Below, piece by piece: positions 19,831 to 29,212 of a DNA stretch of 64,000 nucleotides (position 1 is its first letter; the number at the start of each line of letters is the position of its first letter). The stretch lies in the NCBI GenBank assembly GCA_965238175.1, contig CBDEGZ010000003.1:2080001-2144000 (forward strand), in the 5' to 3' direction. Source of the stretch: Gammaproteobacteria bacterium. GTDB lineage: Bacteria > Pseudomonadota > Gammaproteobacteria > CAJXQU01. The position numbers were made by a program, and so were the translations under genes. The notes under the pieces were generated by a model. It worked only from the letters and a program-made list of their open reading frames with translations, made no database searches and was not told where the DNA came from.

Positions 19831-20982
19831 CTATTGGTTAATGGCTTTACAGATAACAAACTTAGAGTTTGATGCCTCAATGGATGAATTACCAAACAGT
19901 TTTTTCAACTTTTGGTTATAATTCAAGTGACGATTTCCGATTATCCAAAGTTCGCCACTTTGGCGCAAAATATTTTTAGCTTGCTTAAACATGCGTAGTG
20001 CAACTTGATCCGAATTTGCATGTTGCTGATGAAATGGCGGGTTACAGAGAATCAGATCTGCTGAGTTTTGATCAAAGTCACTAAGAGCATCGCCAACACA
20101 GTAAATAGCACTTTTATGATCAGGAAATGCGGATTCAAAAGTTTCCTTTGCCGAAGCAACGGCCATAAATGATTCATCAACGAAATGAATATTCGCATTC
20201 GGGTGAGTTTCTGCCAACTTGAGCCCAATAACTCCATTGCCACAGCCAAGATCAATTATGTTTTTTACTTTGGGCTTTTTAGGTAAATGTTCGATCAAAA
20301 ATCGCGTGCCTATATCCAGACTACGATGTGAGAATACATTGGCATGATTACAGATCCGGTAATTTGTATTTTCTAATGTGTAATAAACTGGATAAGGGCA
20401 GGGTGGTACTACCCTTTCAGGATCTGCTGTTACGAATATAAGTCGAGCTTTTTTCTTGGCTAACGATGTTGTGGTCGGTCCGATATATTTTTCTAGCAGA
20501 TTCCAAACATTTTTGGGTAAGTTTTTAACCATACCTGCCGCGATAATTTTCGTGTTTTGTGAAAGGTTAGTCTGAAGTCTGGACAGTTGCTCCTCTAAAA
20601 GAGCCAGTGTTTTAGGAATTTTGATTAATACCAGATCAAATATTTCATCCGTTGTTTCAAGACTATTAAGAAATGATAACTTAGCTTCAGGTAAATCATT
20701 ATTGACTAAGTTATTTCGAGCAGCTTGTTGTGAAATAAAAGAATCTGACGAATTGTATAAATTACAGTTATTGAATGCGAGTGTTAAAGCACCAAAACTA
20801 TCGTTAAAAATCATTAATTTAAAATTGTTTTTTAATTTTATTTCTTTAGATAGGTACTCAAGTACATACTCATCAGCCGCATCCCAGGCACGTAATCGCT
20901 CTCTGGGATGTTCTGGAAAGCGTAAGAGAAGAAAATCTCCTTGAGGAACAATTAATCTATTATTCTGTAGCCGAGCGTTCAT
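19831..20982 (-). CDS. rlmG: 23S rRNA m2G1835 methyltransferase; first codons now supplied by the Mu-like end
   Basis: LRAWDAADEY, NDSFGAL, DLGCGNG, CNPPFHQ, GNRHL. The native ATG is displaced to 35996-35998. Confidence 0.9.
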   Translation of the reverse strand: MNARLQNNRLIVPQGDFLLLRFPEHPRERLRAWDAADEYVLEYLSKEIKLKNNFKLMIFNDSFGALTLAFNNCNLYNSSDSFISQQAARNNLVNNDLPEAKLSFLNSLETTDEIFDLVLIKIPKTLALLEEQLSRLQTNLSQNTKIIAAGMVKNLPKNVWNLLEKYIGPTTTSLAKKKARLIFVTADPERVVPPCPYPVYYTLENTNYRICNHANVFSHRSLDIGTRFLIEHLPKKPKVKNIIDLGCGNGVIGLKLAETHPNANIHFVDESFMAVASAKETFESAFPDHKSAIYCVGDALSDFDQNSADLILCNPPFHQQHANSDQVALRMFKQAKNILRQSGELWIIGNRHLNYNQKLKKLFGNSSIEASNSKFVICKAINQ

Positions 20983-21069
20983 TTTGAGACATTCTTAGTT
21001 TCATATTGAGAAATGGAATAAAAGCTGATTAATTATCATTTTGAGACATACCATTCCCGGTATGTCTCA
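20966..21069 (+). repeat. Mu-like end with three putative transposase-binding sites
   Basis: TCATTTTGAGA 20979, TCATATTGAGA 21001, TCATTTTGAGA 21036; 11-bp inverted repeat at 21042-21052/21059-21069. Confidence 0.8.
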
Positions 21070-21093
21070 TCTCCATTTTGGCGCTAATTAGTC

Positions 21094-21120
21094 ACGGTTT
21101 AATCGCCGATTAATAACCGT
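21094..21120 (-). terminator. Hairpin downstream of the tail fibre gene
   Basis: ACGGTT-TAATCG-C-CGATTA-AT-AACCGT imperfect stem. Confidence 0.35.
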
Positions 21121-21133
21121 TTAATTTCTCGGG

Positions 21134-21862
21134 TTAATATTTTATGCAGTACATTACTGAAATATTTTTGGGATTAAATCCGTTTTCAGACAAATCCAAA
21201 ACCTGCTCTTCAGTGTTGTCGTTAAATACGGTGTCATTAAAGCGCACCGCATCAATTACAGGTATCGTGCCCAATTGAGTTTCGAAGGTTTGGGTGCTTA
21301 TGGATATATCTGCACCTTTAACATCTTGAAACTCACCCATAACTCGTCCAGGATCGACGCCTTCTCCATTATCCCAAGCGCGGAGAAATTGGCCTCGAAA
21401 ATTGGGAGCTCTAAAAGTTGTTGCTCCATCACCTGTGCTGAAAGCTCCGAACATACCGTTATTAAGGTAATCGTCATCACTAACTAATTTAAAGTTATTC
21501 TCAGGTCTATTGATCCAGTCCCAGAGTCTTTCATTTGTAACGCGTGATAATTCGTCGTCACAGCACTCCAAACTTCCTGCAGGTGGTGTTTCGCCTACGT
21601 GCAGGTATGGCACACCGAGTCCTGATAATTGTAATATGGCTTGAAACAATTGACTGAAATCTCCTTTCGTTTGGTCTGGCTCAAGCCCTGCCCCGGTGAC
21701 GACATTATAGAGTTCCTGCTGGACCATATTAAACCAGTCTTGGCCCGGAACGGTGGCTGGTTGCGAGCCATCTGTCGAGCCTTTTACAAAGTGCCCCGGC
21801 GCACCTTCTGGTTGTATTGCAGGTAATGATGATACGGCTGTTGGGGTGTCTACTAAATGCAT
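21134..21862 (-). CDS. Tail fibre / tail collar domain protein
   Basis: Mu S-like N-terminus (DWFNMVQQEL); collar motif GDGATTFRAPNFRGQFLRAWD. Confidence 0.85.
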   Translation of the reverse strand: MHLVDTPTAVSSLPAIQPEGAPGHFVKGSTDGSQPATVPGQDWFNMVQQELYNVVTGAGLEPDQTKGDFSQLFQAILQLSGLGVPYLHVGETPPAGSLECCDDELSRVTNERLWDWINRPENNFKLVSDDDYLNNGMFGAFSTGDGATTFRAPNFRGQFLRAWDNGEGVDPGRVMGEFQDVKGADISISTQTFETQLGTIPVIDAVRFNDTVFNDNTEEQVLDLSENGFNPKNISVMYCIKY

Positions 21863-21872
21863 TTCATTTCTC

Positions 21873-22451
21873 CTAAACGTAACTGAATAATACGGTGGTA
21901 TGAGCAGGTTTGAGTCGCGTCATCAGGCACTCTAAAAGCTCATTTCCCCATGTCCTTAATGGTTCATCACAGCCAGAATTGACGGTGAATTCGGTTATGG
22001 TTTCGAGCGGTGCGACGACTATCCAGGTGAAAACGATATCTTCTTCCCAAAGAGCGTCGTCTACGCTGCTATCGACAGTAAAAGGACGTAGTTCTTGGAT
22101 GCTTATATCGAAGTTGGCTCGCTTGGCCACCCCGATGTAATATTGTCGAGATTGACCGCCGATTCTGGTGACTTTTTCATGCAGTGCTTTTTGTCTGCCT
22201 GCTATGGTTGTGGGTGGCGACAAACAGGGTTCTGGCAGCGCAAAAGCACGCTCCCATTCGTTGAGTAATTGGACGGTAGTACGTGGGTCAGTTTCTTCGA
22301 TTAATTCAAAGGCTCTTTGCTCGATTGCGGCGAATTCTACCGCCAGCGATTCGAGTGTTTCATCCAATACTGATCCCGGCTCGGATAACCACGCTGCACC
22401 TGTTGTTAGCAGTGCTTTTAGCTGTTGTGTGTAATGTCGGATTCTACTCAT
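21873..22451 (-). CDS. Mu gp48-like baseplate protein (YmfQ/DUF2313)
   Basis: LLNEWERAFALP, GGQSRQY, LECLMTRLKPAHT. Confidence 0.88.
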   Translation of the reverse strand: MSRIRHYTQQLKALLTTGAAWLSEPGSVLDETLESLAVEFAAIEQRAFELIEETDPRTTVQLLNEWERAFALPEPCLSPPTTIAGRQKALHEKVTRIGGQSRQYYIGVAKRANFDISIQELRPFTVDSSVDDALWEEDIVFTWIVVAPLETITEFTVNSGCDEPLRTWGNELLECLMTRLKPAHTTVLFSYV

Positions 22452-23509
22452 TATGCAAATGTCACTGTGCCAAGTTCAGGCATCTCGTTTGTTGCGTGGG
22501 TGACATTATTGGATGGCATTGTGATTTGGTGATCGTTCTCGCCAGAGGCTATCGAAACAGCCTCGCGAATATGTGATATTAAAACGGTCTGACCTGGTTC
22601 AGATTCACGAGCGAACATCGCCAACAATTCCGCCTGAACCGCTGCCTGTGTTGTTGCGTTATTAGGTGATAATCCCGTAATTTCAATATCGACATTAACG
22701 GCTACAGGTGCGACAACAGTGACGACAGCAGTAACCGGTCTAAGACCTTGTATATACGCGTCGACTTCGGCAACTTTTGCCGGATTTGGAATAAAGCCTG
22801 CAGGATCATTATCAGTCACAAATCTCACAACAACCGTGCCATCACCCGCCTCCATTGGGTAGACCCATGCGCGCGTTACACCAGCCACTTGTAACGCCCA
22901 TTGAATATAGTCAAAGCTGGCCCCACCGTGTGGTGGTTGTTGAATTCTGGCCAGTAATCTTTTACGCAGATCATCATCTGATTCGGCAGATGATCCACCA
23001 GTGATTGCAGCACTATCAACGGTGGCTGTTGAGCTGATTCCGGCGATGGGTGAGACCAGCGTTAATTGCGTCGCAGCATCGATGTTTCCGATATCACCAC
23101 CCTCAACGGCGATGATGACCATATCGAGGCTGGTAGCCGTAAAAGTTGCTTCCTCAACGGTTGTAAATTCGACGTTATCCTGACGTTGCAATTTCGTATT
23201 TTTCGGGATAACTAATCCGGCAGAACCGGTGAATGTAACAACGCCTGTCGCCTGTGCTGCAGGCTTTGGTTTTATGCCCCATATGTCGGCCTGACGTTGC
23301 AGAAATTCCGCCTCTGATGTGTCTGGAAAAAACTGTCTCGCCAGCCAATTTAAAAAGCCGTACAGGCCATTAGTTGCCGCCGCGTGGATGCGTGATAACA
23401 CGTTAAGATTTGAGCGGCGTAATTTAGCATCGACACCGGGTAGTCGAGTTTCAAATTCGCTGGTGGCACGCGCTATTAATTCGGTTATTGTGGGTACGTT
23501 ATAGGCCAT
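22451..23509 (-). CDS. Mu gp47 / baseplate J-like protein
   Basis: GGSSAESDDDLRKRLL, PPHGG, DYIQWALQVAGVTRAW. Confidence 0.92.
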   Translation of the reverse strand: MAYNVPTITELIARATSEFETRLPGVDAKLRRSNLNVLSRIHAAATNGLYGFLNWLARQFFPDTSEAEFLQRQADIWGIKPKPAAQATGVVTFTGSAGLVIPKNTKLQRQDNVEFTTVEEATFTATSLDMVIIAVEGGDIGNIDAATQLTLVSPIAGISSTATVDSAAITGGSSAESDDDLRKRLLARIQQPPHGGASFDYIQWALQVAGVTRAWVYPMEAGDGTVVVRFVTDNDPAGFIPNPAKVAEVDAYIQGLRPVTAVVTVVAPVAVNVDIEITGLSPNNATTQAAVQAELLAMFARESEPGQTVLISHIREAVSIASGENDHQITMPSNNVTHATNEMPELGTVTFA

Positions 23510-24022
23510 TTATAATGACTCCCAGAAGGTCTGAAAATTGTATTTTGCAACAGGTGAATTTGGTCGATAAATTGCCACGTTTATGCCGAGCACTCCGGGC
23601 ATAGATAAACGGTTTTTTGTGGGCGTCAAACTACCGGATATTTTGTCTATCCAGCCGGTCTCGACGACGACCTTTTCGGCGACTTGATCTTCTATCATCC
23701 ATTGCAGTGATTCTTGCGCATATTCACGCGCTCGCTGGACGACTTTTAAGGTGTCTTTTTCGCGACTTAATAACCATAATCGTGAGCCGATCAAATCGCC
23801 TTCTACGTCAGCATATGCATCGCCCCACCAGCCACGGCGATTGGTTGTGCCATCAGGGATAATATCGTCAGGTTCTGCCAGTCGATAAGTGAATAATGAA
23901 ATGATTATTGCAGTCTGCAATCCGTCATCTTTACCCAGTCCAGGATTAGATAACGACCAACCGAATGACGGCACTTGTCCGGCTTCTTCTGGCTGGATCA
24001 TGGTGGTTTGGATATCGCTCAT
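23510..24022 (-). CDS. Mu gp46-like baseplate protein
   Basis: LQTAIIISLFT, RRGWWGD, GSRLWLLSREK. Confidence 0.9.
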   Translation of the reverse strand: MSDIQTTMIQPEEAGQVPSFGWSLSNPGLGKDDGLQTAIIISLFTYRLAEPDDIIPDGTTNRRGWWGDAYADVEGDLIGSRLWLLSREKDTLKVVQRAREYAQESLQWMIEDQVAEKVVVETGWIDKISGSLTPTKNRLSMPGVLGINVAIYRPNSPVAKYNFQTFWESL

Positions 24023-24510
24023 GAACACCTCACCTTGTTTGACCCTTCAACTATTTCATAAAGGCCTTGAGACGAGCCATTTGTTACGTGAACTTTGTCA
24101 CCAATTCGAGCGACTTTTTTGCCACCTTCACCACCCAGATGAACATCATCTGACAGCACGACAACCTTCGGCGCTTCTACTTCGATTCGGTCACGATACA
24201 ATGTGATTTTCTGACCTTGATCGTCGTATAGACAAACCTCTCCTTGCTCTAATTCTTTAACCCGATATTTACGGTCGCCAACACCAATACAAACTGGATG
24301 AGAGCGGTCGCCTTTTGGGAATACGATCATTCCTTCGCCGCCGGGATGTGGGTGCGTTGTTAAGCCATAAGTTTGCCAGTGTTCAACGTTGTCCAGCACT
24401 TCGCCTGATAGCATTTTCACTTGTAGTTTTTGCATCAGTGCGTCGTCATCAATTAGCGTTAAAACGCTGCGGCCGATCATTAATTTAACCCGTCGTGCGG
24501 TGTTGGACAA
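24019..24510 (-). CDS. Mu gp45-like baseplate spike, probably 5'-truncated
   Basis: VEHWQTYGLT..P..G, GDRSHP, GEVCLYDDQG, VARIGD. Only a TTG start is available; the upstream frame (IRFQIDRRS) meets a stop without an ATG. Confidence 0.8.
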   Translation of the reverse strand: MSNTARRVKLMIGRSVLTLIDDDALMQKLQVKMLSGEVLDNVEHWQTYGLTTHPHPGGEGMIVFPKGDRSHPVCIGVGDRKYRVKELEQGEVCLYDDQGQKITLYRDRIEVEAPKVVVLSDDVHLGGEGGKKVARIGDKVHVTNGSSQGLYEIVEGSNKVRCS

Positions 24511-24556
24511 GGAACGCCTGTCAATTTGAAATCTTATTTACGAGGGGTAAATAAAA

Positions 24557-24982
24557 ATGACAGCAGAGAATCAGAATCAATATCAACGGGAACGGGAAGC
24601 ACTGAAGTCGCGGATCAAAACGATCTTGCTTGAAGATCACAAAGGCTATAACAGCCCGATCACGCAGGTGGATTTATTTGTTAAAGCAACAAGACAACAA
24701 GTGCGGCCCGGCAGGAAATGGGATGAGACACGCATTGTCCGATCCATCATCCGGCAACTAAGACAAGAAGGATTGCCGATTGGGACTCGTAACGGCACCG
24801 CAGCGGGTTACTTCATCGCCGAAACGGATGAGGAAATGGAGGCCACTATTAACAAGTTCCACAAAGCCGGACTGGGTGGCTTTCGGATGGAGGCTGCACT
24901 AAAAAACATATCTTTCACTGAACTTTTTAAACAGTACCAGCTGGAGCTGGAGGGGCAACAAAATGACAAACAAGCGGCTTAA
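24557..24982 (+). CDS. Phage winged-helix protein (Mu-like early region)
   Basis: VRSIIRQLRQEGLPIG...GYFIAETDEE; SD GAGGGG. Confidence 0.65.
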   Translation: MTAENQNQYQREREALKSRIKTILLEDHKGYNSPITQVDLFVKATRQQVRPGRKWDETRIVRSIIRQLRQEGLPIGTRNGTAAGYFIAETDEEMEATINKFHKAGLGGFRMEAALKNISFTELFKQYQLELEGQQNDKQAA

Positions 24983-25505
24983 AGCCAAAGCATTACCAAT
25001 ACCGAAAAACCGAGATGAAGCAGATCAGTTTTTACATGATATCGGTGATTTACAGCGACAAGTGACGCGAATAAAAACTGCGATGGATGACCAGATTATT
25101 GAAATTAAACGTGGTTTTGAAGATGAGGCTCTGCCTATCAATCAAGAGATTGATGAGAAATTTGCAGCACTGCATTCGTGGGCGGAAAACAACCGGGAAA
25201 CCTTACTTAAAGGAAAGGGGAAATCTTTACATCTTGGGTCTGGCGCGCTCGGCTGGCGCAAGAATCCACCGAAGGTTTCTTTATCAAAAGTCGCGGAAGT
25301 GATTAAAGCCATCAAGCAACTTGGCCACACACATTTTTTACGTACAAAAGAAGAAGTCAACAAAGATGCAATGCTGGTTGATGTTGAATCACAGGCTCTG
25401 GCAGACAGCATCAAAGGCGTGAAAATTGTTCAATCAGAAGACTTCTTTGCCAAGCCTTTTGAGACGCAGATGGAAAGGGTTGAAACGGTTAAGAAGGCAG
25501 CGTGA
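24963..25505 (+). CDS. gam: Mu Gam-like host-nuclease inhibitor
   Basis: KSLHLGSGALGWRKNPPKV, FLRTKEEVNKDAM. Confidence 0.88.
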   Translation: MTNKRLKAKALPIPKNRDEADQFLHDIGDLQRQVTRIKTAMDDQIIEIKRGFEDEALPINQEIDEKFAALHSWAENNRETLLKGKGKSLHLGSGALGWRKNPPKVSLSKVAEVIKAIKQLGHTHFLRTKEEVNKDAMLVDVESQALADSIKGVKIVQSEDFFAKPFETQMERVETVKKAA

Positions 25506-25696
25506 TGAGTGAGGCTGAAGATGTTGTACCGAACATGTATTTCAGTTTGGAAGATCTGGAATTTTGGGTGAAGTCAGAACACGCGACGCTGGGCTGGTTG
25601 AAAAAAACATTGCTCGTTGAAGACCGTGAAAAAGCCATTGAAATACTAGAAGCCGAGATAGTTCGGCGGGATAACGAAACATGTTCGCAAGTATAG
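25502..25696 (+). CDS. Phage hypothetical protein
   Basis: Translationally coupled ORF in the early operon. Confidence 0.55.
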   Translation: MMSEAEDVVPNMYFSLEDLEFWVKSEHATLGWLKKTLLVEDREKAIEILEAEIVRRDNETCSQV

Positions 25697-25932
25697 AAAA
25701 TATATTAGTCAGTATCGCCATCACTGTGATCAGCTTTGGACTTGGTGCGTTGTATCAAGAATGGCAGCAGGAAAAAGAACGGAAGATGCAATCTGCTTGG
25801 AATGCTGAAAATAAAAAGCTTTTAGATCTGGCGACGAAAGAAGCCGCCGCCATCAACGATCTTCTTTCTGACCCTGAGTATCACGATACTGCGATTCTTG
25901 AACAGTGTCCTCGAAAAGGTAACCCAGCATGA
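25681..25932 (+). CDS. Phage membrane-anchored hypothetical protein
   Basis: N-terminal TM helix; coupled ORF. Confidence 0.55.
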   Translation: MFASIENILVSIAITVISFGLGALYQEWQQEKERKMQSAWNAENKKLLDLATKEAAAINDLLSDPEYHDTAILEQCPRKGNPA

Positions 25933-26012
25933 CAGGTTTTCTCTTTTGTCTATTTTGCCTTTGGTTTTTGATCAAAGGCAGTGACAACAACAATTGGCCG
26001 GAGCGTTAATGC

Positions 26013-26477
26013 ATGGCTGTTAAACATCAAAAAGTCGATAACCGTGGACGCTACTACAAGTTGCTGCCAATCGGGAAACGTGCGCTGAACTGGGATGAAG
26101 AAACCTATCGGTTCTTTTTAAAAGAACACGGTGCAAAAGAAGTGAAGGGTAAATTCAGCGCAACGACAATGGATATCGGCCAATTGTCACAAGCACTGGA
26201 AGTGATGAAAAAGAAAGGTTTCAAACCCCAGAAAAAATCCAGCGTGTCGAATATTTCCGACTGGCGAAAAAAACGCATTAACAAAATTACCGCGATGTGG
26301 ATTGCGTTATTTGAAGCCGGTGTGATTCGAGACCGATCAGAAAAAGCCATGATTAGCTGGACGGCCACCATCACAAAAAAAGCACGGCTCGAATGGGCAA
26401 GCAGTGAAGATTTAAACGCCTGCATTGAAGGTCTCAAAACATGGTCTGCACGTGAACGGGTGGCTTTAAGAAAATGA
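26013..26477 (+). CDS. gemA: GemA (Mu gp16 / DUF1018) family protein
   Basis: LNWDEETYR, MKKKGFKP, KITAMW, CIEGLKTW; directly upstream of mor. Confidence 0.85.
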   Translation: MAVKHQKVDNRGRYYKLLPIGKRALNWDEETYRFFLKEHGAKEVKGKFSATTMDIGQLSQALEVMKKKGFKPQKKSSVSNISDWRKKRINKITAMWIALFEAGVIRDRSEKAMISWTATITKKARLEWASSEDLNACIEGLKTWSARERVALRK

Positions 26478-26896
26478 CCGATTGGCTGGACAAAACTGGC
26501 GAGCATTTAAAGGTGATCGACGAATCACTTTTACCACCGCTCGCACAGGAGTTGGTCAGCCTGATCGGATTATCTCAAACCCTGAAATTATTAAAAGCTC
26601 GTGGCGGTGTTCGCACCTTTATACCAAGCACCGTCCGGCAGGGTTCACAGCTCGCGCAAATAGTCAGCATGCAATCTGTCGCGGTTTTAGTTGAACACTT
26701 TGGTGGTGATCGGCTGGACTTTCCCAAAGTCGATCAGCTGGTCAGACAGCTACGAAATCAATCGTTGATCAAGGATTCTCAAGAAGGAAAATCGCATGCG
26801 GAAATTGCGCAAAAATACAAACTGACACGCGAACGCGTGAAGCAAATATTAAGAGAAATTAATCAACCAAGGCCACAGAATATGGAGTTATTTTGA
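26474..26896 (+). CDS. mor: Mor/C family transcription activator
   Basis: LPPLAQELVSLIG, FGGDRLDFPK, LRNQ and a C-terminal HTH (EIAQKYKLTRERVKQIL). Confidence 0.85.
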   Translation: MTDWLDKTGEHLKVIDESLLPPLAQELVSLIGLSQTLKLLKARGGVRTFIPSTVRQGSQLAQIVSMQSVAVLVEHFGGDRLDFPKVDQLVRQLRNQSLIKDSQEGKSHAEIAQKYKLTRERVKQILREINQPRPQNMELF

Positions 26897-27150
26897 TGAT
26901 TTATACAGATAAAGATGCAGTATATTTAAAAAAAGATTCCGGTAAAAAATGGCGCCCAAGCAACTCTACTGAAGGAATGATGTTTGAGAATGCTCTATGC
27001 GCGAATTGCAAAAATGATCAAATGTTCTGCGCTATAAAACATAGAGTGCTCGCTTTCCAAATTGATGACGAACATTACCCAACTGAATGGATTATTGGTG
27101 CAGATGGTCAGCCAACTTGTGCAGCTTACGAGGAAAGAAGTGATGTGTGA
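26893..27150 (+). CDS. Phage Cys-containing hypothetical protein
   Basis: WRPSNSTEGMMF..CANC..EW..GQPTC pattern; coupled ORF. Confidence 0.6.
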   Translation: MMIYTDKDAVYLKKDSGKKWRPSNSTEGMMFENALCANCKNDQMFCAIKHRVLAFQIDDEHYPTEWIIGADGQPTCAAYEERSDV

Positions 27151-27364
27151 AAAGTGTATACGCATTTGTAACGCAATCGGTGTCTTGAATTCTGACGAAG
27201 GAAATAGTGTCACTATAGTCGCGGATAACGCCGATTTTGTTGGCCCTAACAGCATGATTTATTGTAACGGTGATTGGACGGGTTGGGATGAGGTAACCTT
27301 TTCAGGTGATAGCGTTGCCGACGCTTTGGAAAAAGCAGTCGAGGCAAAGCGTAGTTGCTCATAA
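27143..27364 (+). CDS. Phage hypothetical protein
   Basis: ATG 27143 (MCEKC...) after a purine-rich SD-like stretch. Confidence 0.55.
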   Translation: MCEKCIRICNAIGVLNSDEGNSVTIVADNADFVGPNSMIYCNGDWTGWDEVTFSGDSVADALEKAVEAKRSCS

Positions 27365-27454
27365 CAAAATAATGATCACCACCTTCAACGCCCAGTCTAG
27401 CGAATCCGCTACCCCGCCATTAGCTGGGCGTTGCTTTCTAATTGAGGATTCAAA

Positions 27455-27577
27455 ATGAATATTGGAAGAGGAATTGCAGCCGCCGGAATATCCGCATCAA
27501 TTGCATTTGCTGCAGTAAACGGTGTTGAAATAAATCCTACCATTATTGGCCTTTTCATTATCTTCGTACTGTGGTGA
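27455..27577 (+). CDS. Small hydrophobic phage protein (40 aa)
   Basis: SD GAGGA; MNIGRGIAAAGISASIAFAAVNGVEINPTIIGLFIIFVLW; below the ORF-track cutoff. Confidence 0.5.
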   Translation: MNIGRGIAAAGISASIAFAAVNGVEINPTIIGLFIIFVLW

Positions 27578-27584
27578 TTTAGAA

Positions 27585-27875
27585 ATGATCACAACAAAAG
27601 AAATTATCTTAATAATGAACCTGGTTAGTTCATACCAAGATGTAGGAAAAGCCTTCGAACAAATAGAAATTCACGCATCACAGGAATTTGTAATCGTTGA
27701 ATCAAATTTCAGGGTCAGCGTTAAAGAATGCAGCCAGCTCGTGTTTGACGAGCAACGCTCAAGTCCATCACTTGAATCAACAAAAGATCCGCCGAGTGGA
27801 TTTGAGTCACAATCATCACCGCATGAATTCGGATCATGTATGGAATGGTTGCAAGCACGAACCGACAGCCTCTGA
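27585..27875 (+). CDS. Phage hypothetical protein
   Basis: ORF from ATG 27585; no motif. Confidence 0.4.
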   Translation: MITTKEIILIMNLVSSYQDVGKAFEQIEIHASQEFVIVESNFRVSVKECSQLVFDEQRSSPSLESTKDPPSGFESQSSPHEFGSCMEWLQARTDSL

Positions 27876-28032
27876 TGATTCAGGGGCTGTTTTTTTAAAA
27901 TACGTTAGTATGAAAAACCACCTCTTGACGAATAAAGTTGAGAGGCGTAACTTGAACTAGTCAGCCTTCTGACGTTGCGGGGGAAAGCACTTTCTCCTGA
28001 GAATTACCGCTTCATTCAACCATGCTGTGTGC

Positions 28033-28524
28033 ATGGACAAACGATTCGATAAAGCTTTCAATTGGATACTTCTCGCTGAAGGTGGCGAAGTAGACGATCC
28101 CGATGATGCTGGTGGCCACACCAAGTATGGTATTTCAAAAAGATCATACCCCTTCATAGATATTCACTCTCTTACAAAAGAGACGGCGAAAACGATCTAT
28201 TACCGTGACTACTGGCTACCTGCCCATTGTGATGAATTACCTGCGCCTTTAAATACGGCTGTCTTTGACTGCGCGGTCAACTCTGGTGCACGTAGAGCGA
28301 TCTTACTTCTGCAGGTGGCGTTAAAAACCGTTCGTGCTGATGGTGTGATTGGTCGCCGTACACTCGCCGCCATTGCAATGCATGATCCGAAATCGCTTAC
28401 GTCAAGCTACCTATCCGAGCGTGCTATTTTTTATACCAATTTAGCTCAAAAAAAACCAACTCAACGAAAGTTTTTGCGCGGATGGCTTAATCGTCTTTTT
28501 AATTTAATTCAATTCATCAAGTGA
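28033..28524 (+). CDS. Endolysin, glycoside hydrolase family 108 with peptidoglycan-binding domain
   Basis: EGGEVDDPDDAGGHTKYGIS, FDCAVNSG, DGVIGRRTL, FLRGWLNR. Confidence 0.92.
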   Translation: MDKRFDKAFNWILLAEGGEVDDPDDAGGHTKYGISKRSYPFIDIHSLTKETAKTIYYRDYWLPAHCDELPAPLNTAVFDCAVNSGARRAILLLQVALKTVRADGVIGRRTLAAIAMHDPKSLTSSYLSERAIFYTNLAQKKPTQRKFLRGWLNRLFNLIQFIK

Positions 28525-28525
28525 G

Positions 28526-28732
28526 GTGATAAACGTGAACAGTACAAAACCGTGGTACTTATCTTTAACTCTTTGGACTAACGCAATGGTGATGCTTGCC
28601 GCTGTGTTGGGTGGTCTTGGTTATGCACAAATTCCGGTGGATGATCAAACAACACTTGTCGGCGGAATCATGGCTTTGATCAATATCGTTTTGCGATTCA
28701 AAACGAGTAAGGGTGTTACAGCGACCGCATGA
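28526..28732 (+). CDS. Putative holin
   Basis: Two TM helices, KPWYLSLTLW, INIVLRFKT; follows the endolysin. Confidence 0.65.
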   Translation: MINVNSTKPWYLSLTLWTNAMVMLAAVLGGLGYAQIPVDDQTTLVGGIMALINIVLRFKTSKGVTATA

Positions 28733-28914
28733 ATCCGGTTGCAATAACATTAGTCATTATTGCTATCGCAGCCGCCGGATGGTGGCTGCGATCTTTCTAT
28801 GTCGGACGTGTTACCGCTGAGAAAAAAAGTGAAATACAAAAGGAATCTCGCAGCATTGCTGACCGTAATCGGAAATTATCTGATGAAGAACTCGCTGACA
28901 AAATTAGTCGTTAA
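28729..28914 (+). CDS. Putative i-spanin-like membrane protein
   Basis: N-terminal TM helix plus charged tail; overlaps a lipoprotein gene. Confidence 0.45.
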   Translation: MNPVAITLVIIAIAAAGWWLRSFYVGRVTAEKKSEIQKESRSIADRNRKLSDEELADKISR

Positions 28915-29212
28915 TAGCGTCCTACTTTTGATCCTGATCTTTATGTCAGGTTGCGGTGGCGGTGGCGTTGTCGCTCTGCAGGTTATTCAAACAGGTGCAG
29001 TTGGTGCGATGGCTTATCACACTGTCACGAAAAAAGATCCTCCGTTGTTCACTGCTGAATGTGCATGGGCTGAAAGAATTGAATCCAAAGCATCCGGCGA
29101 TGATTTAGTAAAGCGCTGGACGCGCTCAGAATTAATCCAGGTGGCGAATCATAATGATCGCTTCGACTGCCATTGCAAACAAATTGAAGCAGCGTGCGTG
29201 ACGGTAGAGTGA
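28883..29212 (+). CDS. Phage lipoprotein (possible o-spanin)
   Basis: Lipobox-like LLLILIFMSGC from ATG 28883. Confidence 0.55.
   Translation: MKNSLTKLVVNSVLLLILIFMSGCGGGGVVALQVIQTGAVGAMAYHTVTKKDPPLFTAECAWAERIESKASGDDLVKRWTRSELIQVANHNDRFDCHCKQIEAACVTVE

Noticed and set aside
21134-24510. Tailocin, GTA or contractile injection system
   Set aside because: No sheath, tube or tape measure; the genes lie inside Mu-like ends with a target duplication.
21134-24540. Gin-type invertible segment or DGR explaining the reversed tail block
   Set aside because: No invertase, reverse transcriptase or template/variable repeat pair seen, and the tail genes point toward the R-like end as in Mu.
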